Virus record (IMG/VR): IMGVR_UViG_3300025150_000004
Location: 64,001 to 128,000 of that record
DNA length: 64,000 bases
Source: a virus
Direction: 5' to 3' (one strand)
How positions within the stretch are numbered: position 1 is the first letter of the stretch; every line of letters starts with the position of its first letter. The notes under the pieces were generated by a model, which was not told the origin of the DNA, did not search any database, and was given only the letters and a program-made list of their open reading frames with translations. Below are positions 55,126 to 64,000 of this stretch, piece after piece. Both the position numbers and the translations under genes were made by a program.

Positions 55126-56553
55126 ATGACCGCCGGGTGGGATGCAACCACCACCCAATATCCGCTCCCCCCGCAGAACGGCGTGGTTGTCACCCCGTTC
55201 ACGAAGGGGGTTCACGATATTCGGTGGGACAACCCGGCGCTCCTGGCGGGCAATACGCCGTACTCCGTGGTCGGCGTGAACATCTATCGGTCTGACGCCT
55301 CGGATCGTGGACCTTTCCACCGCCTCAACGAGTTCCCCCTCGGCGGCAGCTTCTACCGGGACCGAAACGACTACCGCCTCGTCGTGAGGGAGGTTGTGGA
55401 CTGGGATTCCGGCTGGGTCTTCAAGGGGGACAAGCCGAACGTCCGCCGGTGGCAGTTCAGGACCAGGAACCGGATCGTGAAAGCGTCCGCCCGAGCCCCG
55501 TTCGAGCTTCCCATCTGGGGAGACAACCCCACGGACGTACAGGTGTACATCGACGGGGTGGAGGTCCCAGTCCACGAGGTCTTCGGCCGCTCCGGCGAGG
55601 TCACCCTCATCAACGCCCCTGAGTTCAACGAGGCCACCGAGAAGCTGGAAGGGCCATCCATCCCGACAGCAGAGTCCGTCGTGGAGGTGACCTACCGAAC
55701 CCCGACCAACCACGTTCCCAGTGGGCTCGACAAGAACGTCTGGTATCGGTTGACCACGGTGGTCCTCGACCCGAACACGCTCTCGGGCTACAACGAGACG
55801 CCCCTGGCTCAGTCGAGGCCCCTCTCCCTCATGGAGGTCGAGGCCCGGGACTGGATCTGGGATGAGGCCGTCCGGCGGAACAACTGGATCCTCCAGCAGG
55901 GCGGGGAGAACGTCTACCTTTTCGTCAAAAAGGTCTGTGGCGTCCCATGTGACTGTACCAGGGACCCACGGAGCCTGGAGTACCACAAGCAACCGGAGAA
56001 CACCTGCCTGATTTGTTTCGGGACGGGGCTCATCGGCGGCTACGAGGGTCCCTACGACATCATCGTCGCCCCAGACGATGGGGAGCGGCGCATCTCCCAG
56101 ACCCCACGGGGCCGCCGCAAGGAGCACACCTACGAGGTCTGGACCGGACCGTACCCGCTCATCACCCAGCGGGACTTCCTCGTCAAACAGACCAACGAGC
56201 GCTACAGCGTCGGCCCAGTGCGTCGTCCGAGCAACCGAGGGAACCTGCTCCAGCAGCATTTCAACATCGGCTATTTGGATGAGGGGGACATCCGCTACCG
56301 TGTGCCCATCGACGGAACCGACCAACTTGCTTGGCCCGAGACCCGACCTGGCAAGCCGTCCCCCGTCTACCCCCGGATGCCGGTCACGGGTGAGTCGAGC
56401 TACGACCAGAAGGAGGGCTGGGCTGGCCCGAATTACCCCGAGGGGCCGGAGACGGACCACCCGCTCAACACCGAGAAGGAGCTTGGGGAGTCCACACCTG
56501 ACGATGTGGAGCGGCGAGGACGCACGAAGGTCTGGGAGAATATTTCCCAATAA
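55126..56553 (+). CDS. Neck/head-closure protein
   Basis: WILQQGGE, CDC..CLICFGTG.IGGY, RDFLV..ERY; position between head and tail genes. Confidence 0.65.
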   Translation: MTAGWDATTTQYPLPPQNGVVVTPFTKGVHDIRWDNPALLAGNTPYSVVGVNIYRSDASDRGPFHRLNEFPLGGSFYRDRNDYRLVVREVVDWDSGWVFKGDKPNVRRWQFRTRNRIVKASARAPFELPIWGDNPTDVQVYIDGVEVPVHEVFGRSGEVTLINAPEFNEATEKLEGPSIPTAESVVEVTYRTPTNHVPSGLDKNVWYRLTTVVLDPNTLSGYNETPLAQSRPLSLMEVEARDWIWDEAVRRNNWILQQGGENVYLFVKKVCGVPCDCTRDPRSLEYHKQPENTCLICFGTGLIGGYEGPYDIIVAPDDGERRISQTPRGRRKEHTYEVWTGPYPLITQRDFLVKQTNERYSVGPVRRPSNRGNLLQQHFNIGYLDEGDIRYRVPIDGTDQLAWPETRPGKPSPVYPRMPVTGESSYDQKEGWAGPNYPEGPETDHPLNTEKELGESTPDDVERRGRTKVWENISQ

Positions 56554-57524
56554 TGGGCACTTGTGCTAACATCGGCCCCGTGAAATACTTAGGTGATTGC
56601 GAGGTTTGCGGCTCTACGGTCCCAACTTACCGGGCACTTGGTCAGCATCTCCGCCATGCAAATGATGGTGCCCATCAAGACCTCCAAAGACGGTGGCACG
56701 CTTGGAGGGCGAGGCAACGCACGCTTCGTTGTCGGAAGTGTGGGCAGTTGTGGGTCACGGGGGTTGACCGGGTGCATGGGAAGCGGTGCCATGACTGCGA
56801 GAACGCCCGAGCCTCGATGACCAAGCGGGAATACGAGGCATGGAGGCCCACCAAGAAACCAGACCCCCGCTCGACGTGGTGCAAATCACACTGGAATGGG
56901 CTAGAGAATCGCCACTTTGTCCCCGACGATCTGACGGAACAACAAGTGGTAAAGGGCATCGAAGACAGGGTGCAGATCAACACCCTGCGAACCCAGCTAG
57001 GGGTGTCCTACAAGGTGCTGCGAGCGGTAGCCGAAAAAGCATTCGGGGCACAGCAGTTTGCGGCTTTGATGAGGGACAGGAAAGTAGAGTCGGCTCGTCG
57101 CATGGTTCAGCAGGCTCAAACAGCTTCGGGCTTAGAAGCGACGATGGTGGCCGCTTTGAAGGCGGCTTCTGTTGACGTGGTGGGGAGAAATATCTGGCTG
57201 ACCTTGGAGGTGTCTGGAGTCCGCACACATCGGGAGATCGACATAAAGGTTGCGGCCCCGTCCGGGCATAAGATCGTCGTGCTGTGTGATGGGGAGGCTT
57301 TTCATGGTCCGAACGCACTATACGTTGATCCTGCTTTGCGAGTTTCTGACGACGTGAGCACCGCCAAGGCTTTGTTTACGCTTGGTTACTCTGTGTGCCG
57401 CTATTCTGAATCCGAGATCCATAATGGGGAGGCCCTCGCCCATTTGCAGGGCGTTCTGCCGCATATGCACGACAAAAAACGTTTGCTGCGGCTGTGGCAC
57501 CCGGCGACGGAGAGGTGGGCCTGA
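56553..57524 (+). mobile_element. Free-standing Zn-finger PD-(D/E)xK endonuclease
   Basis: C2H2 finger, CRKC..CHDC, SGLE..EIDI..CDGEAFH..GYSVCRYSE; lower GC. Confidence 0.75.
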
Positions 57525-58126
57525 TGGCCGATGGAGTCCGATCTCTGTACGGCGGGCCGCTTGCTCGGCTCGCCGAAGCCACCGTCTCCAAGGAGCTTCT
57601 GGAGCGCATGGCGAAGTGCATCATCGACGCCATCATCGCCGAGGGCAAAAAGGACTTCGCCAAGCGAGGTTGGAGGCTTGATGACCCCATGGGCGGCCCG
57701 CCTTTCGACGAGAGTTTCAGTTTCTCCATCCGGGGGCAGCGGACCATCGAGATCCGGTCGTCCTTCTATGGCCTGGAGGAGTTCACCCGGCAGGACATCC
57801 CAAGCCGGAAGATGACCTGGCTCACCCAGGAGGCGAAGAACAAGACCCCGTCGAAGTACCCCCTCACCAAGACGGAGAAGAAGCTCGGGATGAAGCGGGC
57901 GGGAAAAGTCCGTCAGGGGGATCGGAAACCGTTGGTGGTCCCGCTTCAAAAGGATGACGGGACGGTCATCTTTCGTATGGCCCCGCTCAAGACCAAGGAC
58001 GCATGGGTTCATCCAGGCATCGCTCGGTTCACGTTCGTCGAGAGGGCACTCCGCAAGGGACGGGCGGCCTGTGCCAAGGTGGTCGGGGAGTACCTGAAGG
58101 AGCAGATGTCGGGGGCAAGGACATGA
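57524..58126 (+). CDS. Putative neck/tail-completion protein
   Basis: WVHPGIARFTFVERAL C-terminus; TGATG coupling; position. Confidence 0.55.
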   Translation: MADGVRSLYGGPLARLAEATVSKELLERMAKCIIDAIIAEGKKDFAKRGWRLDDPMGGPPFDESFSFSIRGQRTIEIRSSFYGLEEFTRQDIPSRKMTWLTQEAKNKTPSKYPLTKTEKKLGMKRAGKVRQGDRKPLVVPLQKDDGTVIFRMAPLKTKDAWVHPGIARFTFVERALRKGRAACAKVVGEYLKEQMSGART

Positions 58127-58773
58127 GAGAAGCGGAGGTCACCTGTCTGATCCGCATGACACGGATCCCCGACCTCAACCTCGAACTGGTGAAGGACCAG
58201 GTGGTCCTCGTGCCCGAGGACCAGGCCCAGGGCTCCAAGGACTTGGCCCTGTTCAAGAGCATGAACGCCGTGAAGGTGCGGTGGGTCCGGCGGTTCCACA
58301 AGCTGCGGGAGGCAGATCAACCCTTTACGGTGAGTACGCCGAAGCGTGACACGAGGGCGGTGAGGCCCCTTCACCCTCAGCAAGCTCCCCTGGCGTCCCC
58401 AGTTGACGCCCCGGAACCACCTGCGGCTCCAAACCCGCAACTGGGGCGTCAAAACGTTGACTTGGAACTCCTGGCTACTCGTCTGGAGGCTCGGCTCGGG
58501 GGAGCCATTGACCGTGTGGTCGCCGCCATAAGGGAGTCGAGGCCGGTGGTCGTGTCGGCCGACCCGTCCGCTCCGGGCAAGCCGGGTAAAGTGGGCGATG
58601 AGGTGCCTACGTTCATCCCCGACAAGATCCTCGACCCGGATGCGGCGAAGAAGGTGGACATCCGGGCAACCGAGACCACCGGGGAGGCGGGGGGCATCGA
58701 CGCCGCCAAGGCGGCCTTGAAGAAGGCCCGTGGCGGTCGGAAACAGAAGGAGAGATGGTGCAAGCCTCGATAA
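58123..58773 (+). CDS. Hypothetical protein
   Basis: ATGA coupling at 58123. Confidence 0.65.
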   Translation: MREAEVTCLIRMTRIPDLNLELVKDQVVLVPEDQAQGSKDLALFKSMNAVKVRWVRRFHKLREADQPFTVSTPKRDTRAVRPLHPQQAPLASPVDAPEPPAAPNPQLGRQNVDLELLATRLEARLGGAIDRVVAAIRESRPVVVSADPSAPGKPGKVGDEVPTFIPDKILDPDAAKKVDIRATETTGEAGGIDAAKAALKKARGGRKQKERWCKPR

Positions 58774-58794
58774 AGGCTCTATACTAAACTCTTC

Positions 58795-59489
58795 ATGGAT
58801 AGGTCCCGAGAGAGCTACGAAACCGAGATCCAACAACACCCCAACATCACACACAAGGAATTGGCTGCGACGTTGGGGTGTGGGCCTACAACCGTTGCCA
58901 GGGACCTTCAACGCTACGGGTTGACAACCAGACCTTGGAGTCAGCGCAGGCATTCAGAGGCCACGAGACAGAAACTTAGTGATCAAAGGCAGGGTCAACA
59001 AAAGGGTTCGGACAACCCCAACTTTGGCCCAATGTCTCGTCCTTGGTTGGAAGGCGAAAATCATCCTTTCCGTCGCTGGCACCGAGAACACCCTGAATTT
59101 GGGGAGAACCAGCGAGGGGCCGCAAATCCCGTGCATAAGGCCCGTCACCTCTACGATGATCCCGAATACGTCGAACGGATCACCACGGGCATTCGAGCCC
59201 ATGTAGACCAAAAACGGGGGTCCACCTACGAGGAAGTGTATGGTCCCGAGAAGGCTGCGGCGAGGAGGTTCGGTTGGTGATTCAAGCGGACGGAGACTAC
59301 TGGCACGCCAACCCGGAGAGGTTTCCGTCACCAGATGCAAACCAGGCAGATCGGCGTCGGTTGGATGCCTCTTGTGATTCCTTCCTTCAGAACCGGGGGT
59401 ATCGTGTCCTGCGGTTCTGGGAGTCCGACCTCAAGGTGGACCCAGATGAGTGTCAAGCGAAGATCAAGGAGGCCCTCCGTGGCGGATGA
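58795..59489 (+). pseudogene. Broken HTH-NUMOD3-DUF559 endonuclease
   Basis: HTH, HSEATRQKLS, NPNFG, then a frame change near 59255-59275 into VIQADGDYWH..GYRVLRFWE; the N-terminal part of the nuclease core is missing. Confidence 0.7.
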
Positions 59490-60501
59490 GAAAAAGTCTG
59501 TGAAAACGGAGCCCTACGGCTGCGGCCTGGACGTGGGTACAATGAATCTTGTGTGTGCAAGACGCACATCTGAGGGCGTGACCCACACCAGGATGCGGGA
59601 CGTGTTCCTCGACCTGCCGACGAGCGCCAAGAAGATGCTCAGGCTCTCCAAGACCAGCTTCGTCGAACGGGATGACGACGTGCTCATCCTCGGTGACGCA
59701 GCCCTTCAGACGGCCAACGTCTTCGGCAAAGAGGCCCGCCGCCCGCTCTCGGCCGGGCTCATCTCCGCCGGGGAGATGGAGGCCATGGAGGTGCTCGGGC
59801 TGATGATCAAGCAGATCCTCGGCGAGCCCCGGGCGGCCGGGGAGCACTGCTACTTCTCCGTCCCCGCTGCCCCGGTGGACCGCCCCGACCGGGATGTCGT
59901 CTACCACAAGGGCATCTTCGAGCGGATCGTGACCGAGTGCGGGTACACGGGGACCCCGAGCAACGAGGCGATGGCCATCATCTACTCCGAGTGCGCCAAC
60001 GACGGATTCTCGGGCGTGGCCCTGAGCTTTGGCTCGGGTATGACCAACGTGGCCCTGGCCATCAACACCATCGAGGGTCTGAGCTTCTCCGTGGCCCGGG
60101 GTGGCGACTGGATCGACAGCGGATCGGCCAACTCCGTCGGCTCGACGAATGCCCGCATCTGCGCCATCAAGGAGAAGGGTGTGGACCTCCTCAAGCCCGA
60201 CTCCAGGGAGCAGGAGGCGATCAGCTTCTACTACAAGGAGTTGATCCGGTACGCCCTCGACCAGATCGCCCTGCGGTTCGAGCAGATCCGGGGGCAGTTC
60301 GAGCTTCAGCAGGCCATCCCCCTGGTCGTCTCCGGCGGCACGAGCAAGGCGGGGAGCTTCCTCGACCTGTTCCGCCAGGAGTTCGAGCGGAGGAAGAAGA
60401 AGTTCCCCATCGAGGTCAGCGAGATCCGCCAGGCGAGCGATCCACTCAACGCTGTAGCCAACGGAATGCTCACCCAGGCCATGTTGGAGCACGAGGACTG
60501 A
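59479..60501 (+). CDS. Actin-like ATPase (MreB/ParM/MamK superfamily)
   Basis: GLDVGTMN (phosphate 1), NEAMA, SFGSGMTN (phosphate 2), VSGGTS (adenosine), DPLNAVANG; GTG after AAGGAGG. Confidence 0.88.
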   Translation: MADEKKSVKTEPYGCGLDVGTMNLVCARRTSEGVTHTRMRDVFLDLPTSAKKMLRLSKTSFVERDDDVLILGDAALQTANVFGKEARRPLSAGLISAGEMEAMEVLGLMIKQILGEPRAAGEHCYFSVPAAPVDRPDRDVVYHKGIFERIVTECGYTGTPSNEAMAIIYSECANDGFSGVALSFGSGMTNVALAINTIEGLSFSVARGGDWIDSGSANSVGSTNARICAIKEKGVDLLKPDSREQEAISFYYKELIRYALDQIALRFEQIRGQFELQQAIPLVVSGGTSKAGSFLDLFRQEFERRKKKFPIEVSEIRQASDPLNAVANGMLTQAMLEHED

Positions 60502-60956
60502 TGCCCCACGAGTTCATCGCCAATGACCCGAAGTGGCGGAGGGCACACAACCAGACGCCAGACGCTCCCGGGTGTTTGGGGTGTACTCATCTTCGAGTCG
60601 CTGGGCGGCCGAACATGGCCTGTGCAGAACGTCCCGTGGTTCTTTTTCAAGAAGCCGTTGGTGAGGGACCAGAAGGCCCCGGGCTCTGGATCCTCATGCT
60701 CCATGAGTTCCTGCACGTTGGGGAGTCAGTGCTCAAGCAAGCCGGGGCCATCAAGCGACGGGTGGACCACGATTTCATCGAGAACATCCCGACGGGCCTC
60801 CTGTTCCTGATGCACCAGGCCGGGATGCTCAAGGACTTCCCCATCGACGAGTTGCTGAGTTCGTGCAGACCGGCCCCGATGGATAGCCTATCGGGCGGCC
60901 GAGGTAGGAGCCCTGGAGGGACTTCGGCGTGTACTTCTACCTCACCGACAGCCTGA
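60501..60956 (+). CDS. Small HExxH protein
   Basis: MLHEFLH; TGATG coupling. Confidence 0.5.
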   Translation: MPHEFIANDPKWRRAHNQTPDAPGCLGCTHLRVAGRPNMACAERPVVLFQEAVGEGPEGPGLWILMLHEFLHVGESVLKQAGAIKRRVDHDFIENIPTGLLFLMHQAGMLKDFPIDELLSSCRPAPMDSLSGGRGRSPGGTSACTSTSPTA

Positions 60957-62155
60957 CCCGGAAGTTCATCCACGAGCTTCGCCGATTCTGGCAGCACCAC
61001 CCGAAGCACCGGGACTTGGTGGATGCCATCCAGGGGAAGTACTCGTTCAAGGAGAGGCCCCAGAAGTCCATCGTCGTCAAGACGGCGGGTGGCTCTCACC
61101 TGTCCTTGTCCCCCGATCACTACAAAGGCATGGTGATGTCCCACGTCTACCTGTCCAAGCGGGTGGGCAAACCGGGGCTCTCCGTCGAGTGGGTGCGGGA
61201 GGACGGCCGGGCCATCCAAGAGAACGGCGGGACGTTTCCCTCCCAACCGGGGGTGTACTTCATTGACGTGGTGGACGGGCCGGAGAACGGCCTGGCCCAC
61301 AACCCCGTGGCCTTCTACGTGGACCCTCTCATCGACCAGCGGGGGGAGCAGGTCACCAAGGTGGACGACTCCACGTTCCAGCTTCAGAAGGCCCCGTTGG
61401 CCGGGACCCTCCGCCTGTTCGAGATGCCCGCTGGGTTCCTTTACGTCGAAGGCACGAACTACACCGTGACCCTCAACGACCAGGGGAAACCGACCGAGGA
61501 GGTCAAGCTGACCGAGCCTCTCACCGGGGGTCGGTGGTTGCAGGCGGATTACCGCTGGCCTGACGAGTCCCGAGGCCCGTTCCCCATCGTCGAGCAGCAC
61601 GCCAACAACTCAGCCATCCCAGGGGTCGTGTTGGCCTTCGGCCGCCGGGTGGAGATCGGCGACCAGCAGGCTGTGGTTGTCCAGCCCATTCGCTATCCCT
61701 CGGCTCTGGAATACGGCGGCCGGTGGACCATGAGCATGGAGTTCGAGATCACGGCCAGGGACGTGTACGACCAGCGGGAGATCTACGACTGGTCCATCAT
61801 GGCCCTCTACGCCATTGCCCGTGGTCGCCTCTCCACGGAGGGCATCGAGATCTTGAGCGTGGGCCTTGGCGGGGAGTCCGAGGAGGTCTACGACGAGACC
61901 GGGGACGATTACCTCTACAGCGCCATCTTCACCATGGAGGTGGAGACGGAGTGGGCCGTACATGTCCCGCTCAACGTCTGGCTGCGGCAGGCAGCCCCGC
62001 TCACCAACGCCGAGGCGCAGATCATCGCTGGGCTGCCTGATGACCAGCTTCCCGGCCAGGACGGCAACATCAAGGCGTTGGCGGACATCGGGCTGGAGTC
62101 GGTCCGTGACCCGTACTGGGCGGGGAAGGTCGGGACCTTCGAGAGTTTCAAGTGA
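60929..62155 (+). CDS. Putative tail terminator/completion protein
   Basis: Position before the tail sheath; MEFEITARD..DQREIYD; preceded by CGAT-N7-CTAT. Confidence 0.6.
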   Translation: MYFYLTDSLTRKFIHELRRFWQHHPKHRDLVDAIQGKYSFKERPQKSIVVKTAGGSHLSLSPDHYKGMVMSHVYLSKRVGKPGLSVEWVREDGRAIQENGGTFPSQPGVYFIDVVDGPENGLAHNPVAFYVDPLIDQRGEQVTKVDDSTFQLQKAPLAGTLRLFEMPAGFLYVEGTNYTVTLNDQGKPTEEVKLTEPLTGGRWLQADYRWPDESRGPFPIVEQHANNSAIPGVVLAFGRRVEIGDQQAVVVQPIRYPSALEYGGRWTMSMEFEITARDVYDQREIYDWSIMALYAIARGRLSTEGIEILSVGLGGESEEVYDETGDDYLYSAIFTMEVETEWAVHVPLNVWLRQAAPLTNAEAQIIAGLPDDQLPGQDGNIKALADIGLESVRDPYWAGKVGTFESFK

Positions 62156-62200
62156 GGTTCGGTGGAAGGACTATAGCCCCGCTCGGGTGAGGAGGTCGAG

Positions 62201-62818
62201 GTGCCCAAGTTGCCCCCTGAATGCGGCGTGTACGAGATCCGGTGCTCCAACGGGCGCAGGTACATCGGTTCGTCCGACAACATGGAGCGGCGGCAGCGCA
62301 ACCACCTGACCAAGCTGCGGGCGGGCCGACATCAGAACCCACATCTTCAAAGGGCGTGGTCCAAGTACGGGGCGGGGGCTTTCACGTTTCTGGTGGTGGA
62401 GACATGCGCTGTTGACGAGCAGTACGCCGTCGAACAGAGGCATTTGGATGCAGCCGACAAAGCCGACCTGTTCAACATCGCAGAAGATGCCGCTCGTGGG
62501 GCTGGGCGATTTGGCCGCCTGGGAAAGAAAAACTCCCGGGAGCACAATCGACGGCTTCGAGAAGCCAACCTTGGCAAGCCCTCACCACGGAAAGGCAAAA
62601 CCCACACCTGGGGGCACAAAATTCGGGTGGCGATGACGGGTCGGTTCCCCGACATCAGGGCCAGGCATCAGGATGGGAAAGTCTTGGTGTTCAAGTCCAC
62701 CGTTCAGGCAGCGGAGGTTCTGGGGCTCAAACGGAAGTCCGTGAGCAACAACCTCAACGGGTTGTCGAGACGAACCCGGTGCGGCTGGACGTTCGAGCGG
62801 ATCGTCTCGGGAGGGTAG
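62201..62818 (+). mobile_element. GIY-YIG homing endonuclease with NUMOD3/NUMOD1-like domains
   Basis: GVYEI..YIGSS..R...H..HQNPHLQRAWSKYG..E..FN. Confidence 0.92.
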
Positions 62819-62822
62819 CGTC

Positions 62823-63281
62823 ATCCCAAAGTTCAGGTATCAGTGCTCCTGCGGAGTCCAGTTCGATGCCCGCAACCCGGTCTCGAAGCACCAGGACCCC
62901 AAGCCCTGCCCAGACTGCGGGGAGTCCGCTCCCCGGATGATGCCGTCCACGGTCGAGGGGCACTTCAACAAGGAAGTGACCGGACCCGGCCCCCAGAACA
63001 CGGGGATCCACGACCTCGACACTCACATCGACCGGGTGATCGGTCAGTCGGCCCACCAGGGGATGGAGGTCATCGAGAAGCGCCAGGCGGTCAAGCGGGA
63101 GTTCCTCCGTGACCGGCCGGGGATCAGCCCGAAGCAGATCGCCCGGCGCCCTGACGGCAGGTTGGGCGTGAACACCCCCGAGGAGCAGGCGTTCGCCGAG
63201 CGGGCGAACCGCATCAACAGCCGAGCCATGTCCCACTTCCAGTCCAAGCGTGAGCCCGCTCGGCAGGAGGCTGGCCGGTAA
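62823..63281 (+). CDS. FmdB-family Zn ribbon protein with an apparent ATC start
   Basis: (I/M)PKFRYQCSCG..PCPDCG is in frame with the 62937 ORF; GGAGGG RBS upstream. Confidence 0.7.
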   Translation: MPKFRYQCSCGVQFDARNPVSKHQDPKPCPDCGESAPRMMPSTVEGHFNKEVTGPGPQNTGIHDLDTHIDRVIGQSAHQGMEVIEKRQAVKREFLRDRPGISPKQIARRPDGRLGVNTPEEQAFAERANRINSRAMSHFQSKREPARQEAGR

Positions 63282-63484
63282 TTCTTTGATAGCCTGCCTG
63301 GATTAGCAGAGGGCTCCTCGCCCACGGCACCACACCTCCCCTCCGGGGGAGGTGGCAGATCGATTCAGGATGGACACACCAGAACTTGTGCTGCGCTGAC
63401 CCCTCCTTCGGGAGGTGGGTGATGAACCAGAAAACCTGAAGCAGCAATGTTGGCGTCCATGACGCCCTGAAACGAGGTGCCCAG

Positions 63485-64000
63485 ATGGCGTTCCCCGGCC
63501 AGAACTACGCTCCCCCCGGCGTCTACACCCGAACTCTCTTCGAGAACCCCTTCTCCGGGTCCATCGACAGCTTGAAGATCCCGGTCTTCATCGGTGAGGG
63601 CAACGAGTTCCTCGTCCAGCGGAACCTCGAACTGGTACGTGGCTCCTCGGCGAGCATCGACCAGCGGCGGGTCAACGAGGACATGACGGGGCGTGCGGTC
63701 GTCAGCATCTCGGCGACCGGCGTGGTGACCCTGGGCGACTGGGACGGAGTTCGGACCAAGCTCAAGGTGGTCAACCTGCCCATCGTGACCGGCAACGGCA
63801 CGGGGACGGTATCGAACAGCCGCTCCGACGTGTCCGTCACCATCAACGGGCAGCCCATCGTCGTCCTGAGCGTGAACGGCACCACCGGCATCGTCGAGCT
63901 GGCACAGGCTCCGAAGGCCGGGGACGTGGTCAAGATCACCTACTTCTTCAACCGGACGGACACCCTCATCACCGACGACGTGTCCGACCAGGTGTCCCCC
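63485..64000 (+). CDS. Tail sheath protein, 3'-truncated by the window edge
   Basis: MAFPGQNYAPPGVYT..IPVFIG N-terminus; GAGGTG RBS; not in the ORF track. Confidence 0.85.
   Translation, partial: MAFPGQNYAPPGVYTRTLFENPFSGSIDSLKIPVFIGEGNEFLVQRNLELVRGSSASIDQRRVNEDMTGRAVVSISATGVVTLGDWDGVRTKLKVVNLPIVTGNGTGTVSNSRSDVSVTINGQPIVVLSVNGTTGIVELAQAPKAGDVVKITYFFNRTDTLITDDVSDQVSP

Noticed and set aside
1-64000. tRNA, tmRNA or rRNA genes
   Set aside because: No cloverleaf or T-loop/CCA pattern was seen in the few intergenic gaps; a tRNAscan-SE or ARAGORN run would be needed to exclude them fully

Overview
A 64-kb, high-GC segment of a large (jumbo-type) myovirus genome covering the virion morphogenesis region. 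In order it holds terminase, portal, a giant multi-domain protein, a two-intein prohead protease, an EF-hand scaffold, a head decoration protein, major capsid, three paralogous structural proteins, neck and tail-completion genes, an actin-like ATPase and the start of the tail sheath. It also carries thyX, dCMP deaminase, a vWA protein, a metallophosphoesterase and a probable spanin pair, which points to a Gram-negative host. Main observations: (1) Head-region polyproteins join unrelated enzymes (class II CCA-type nucleotidyltransferase, zincin metallopeptidase, topoisomerase IB, a DUF4258-like RNase-fold domain, SWIM finger). Their junctions carry recurring R-V-A-x-x-[YWF] and [KR]-x-A motifs, suggesting protease-processed, capsid-packaged cargo. 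(2) About ten free-standing homing-type endonuclease genes and three inteins are present. Several endonucleases insert without splicing: one is overprinted inside an open polyprotein frame and two supply recoded replacement ends for the gene they disrupt. One LAGLIDADG is fused to a DNA methyltransferase. (3) An unannotated, highly structured ~430-nt RNA candidate has its own sigma70-type promoter and terminator. (4) Two recurrent promoter-like motifs with fixed spacing were found by eye: CGGT-N7-CTAT (16 copies) and TTTAG-N14-GGGTAR (4-5 copies). All calls come from motif reading and gene order; no database searches were run.
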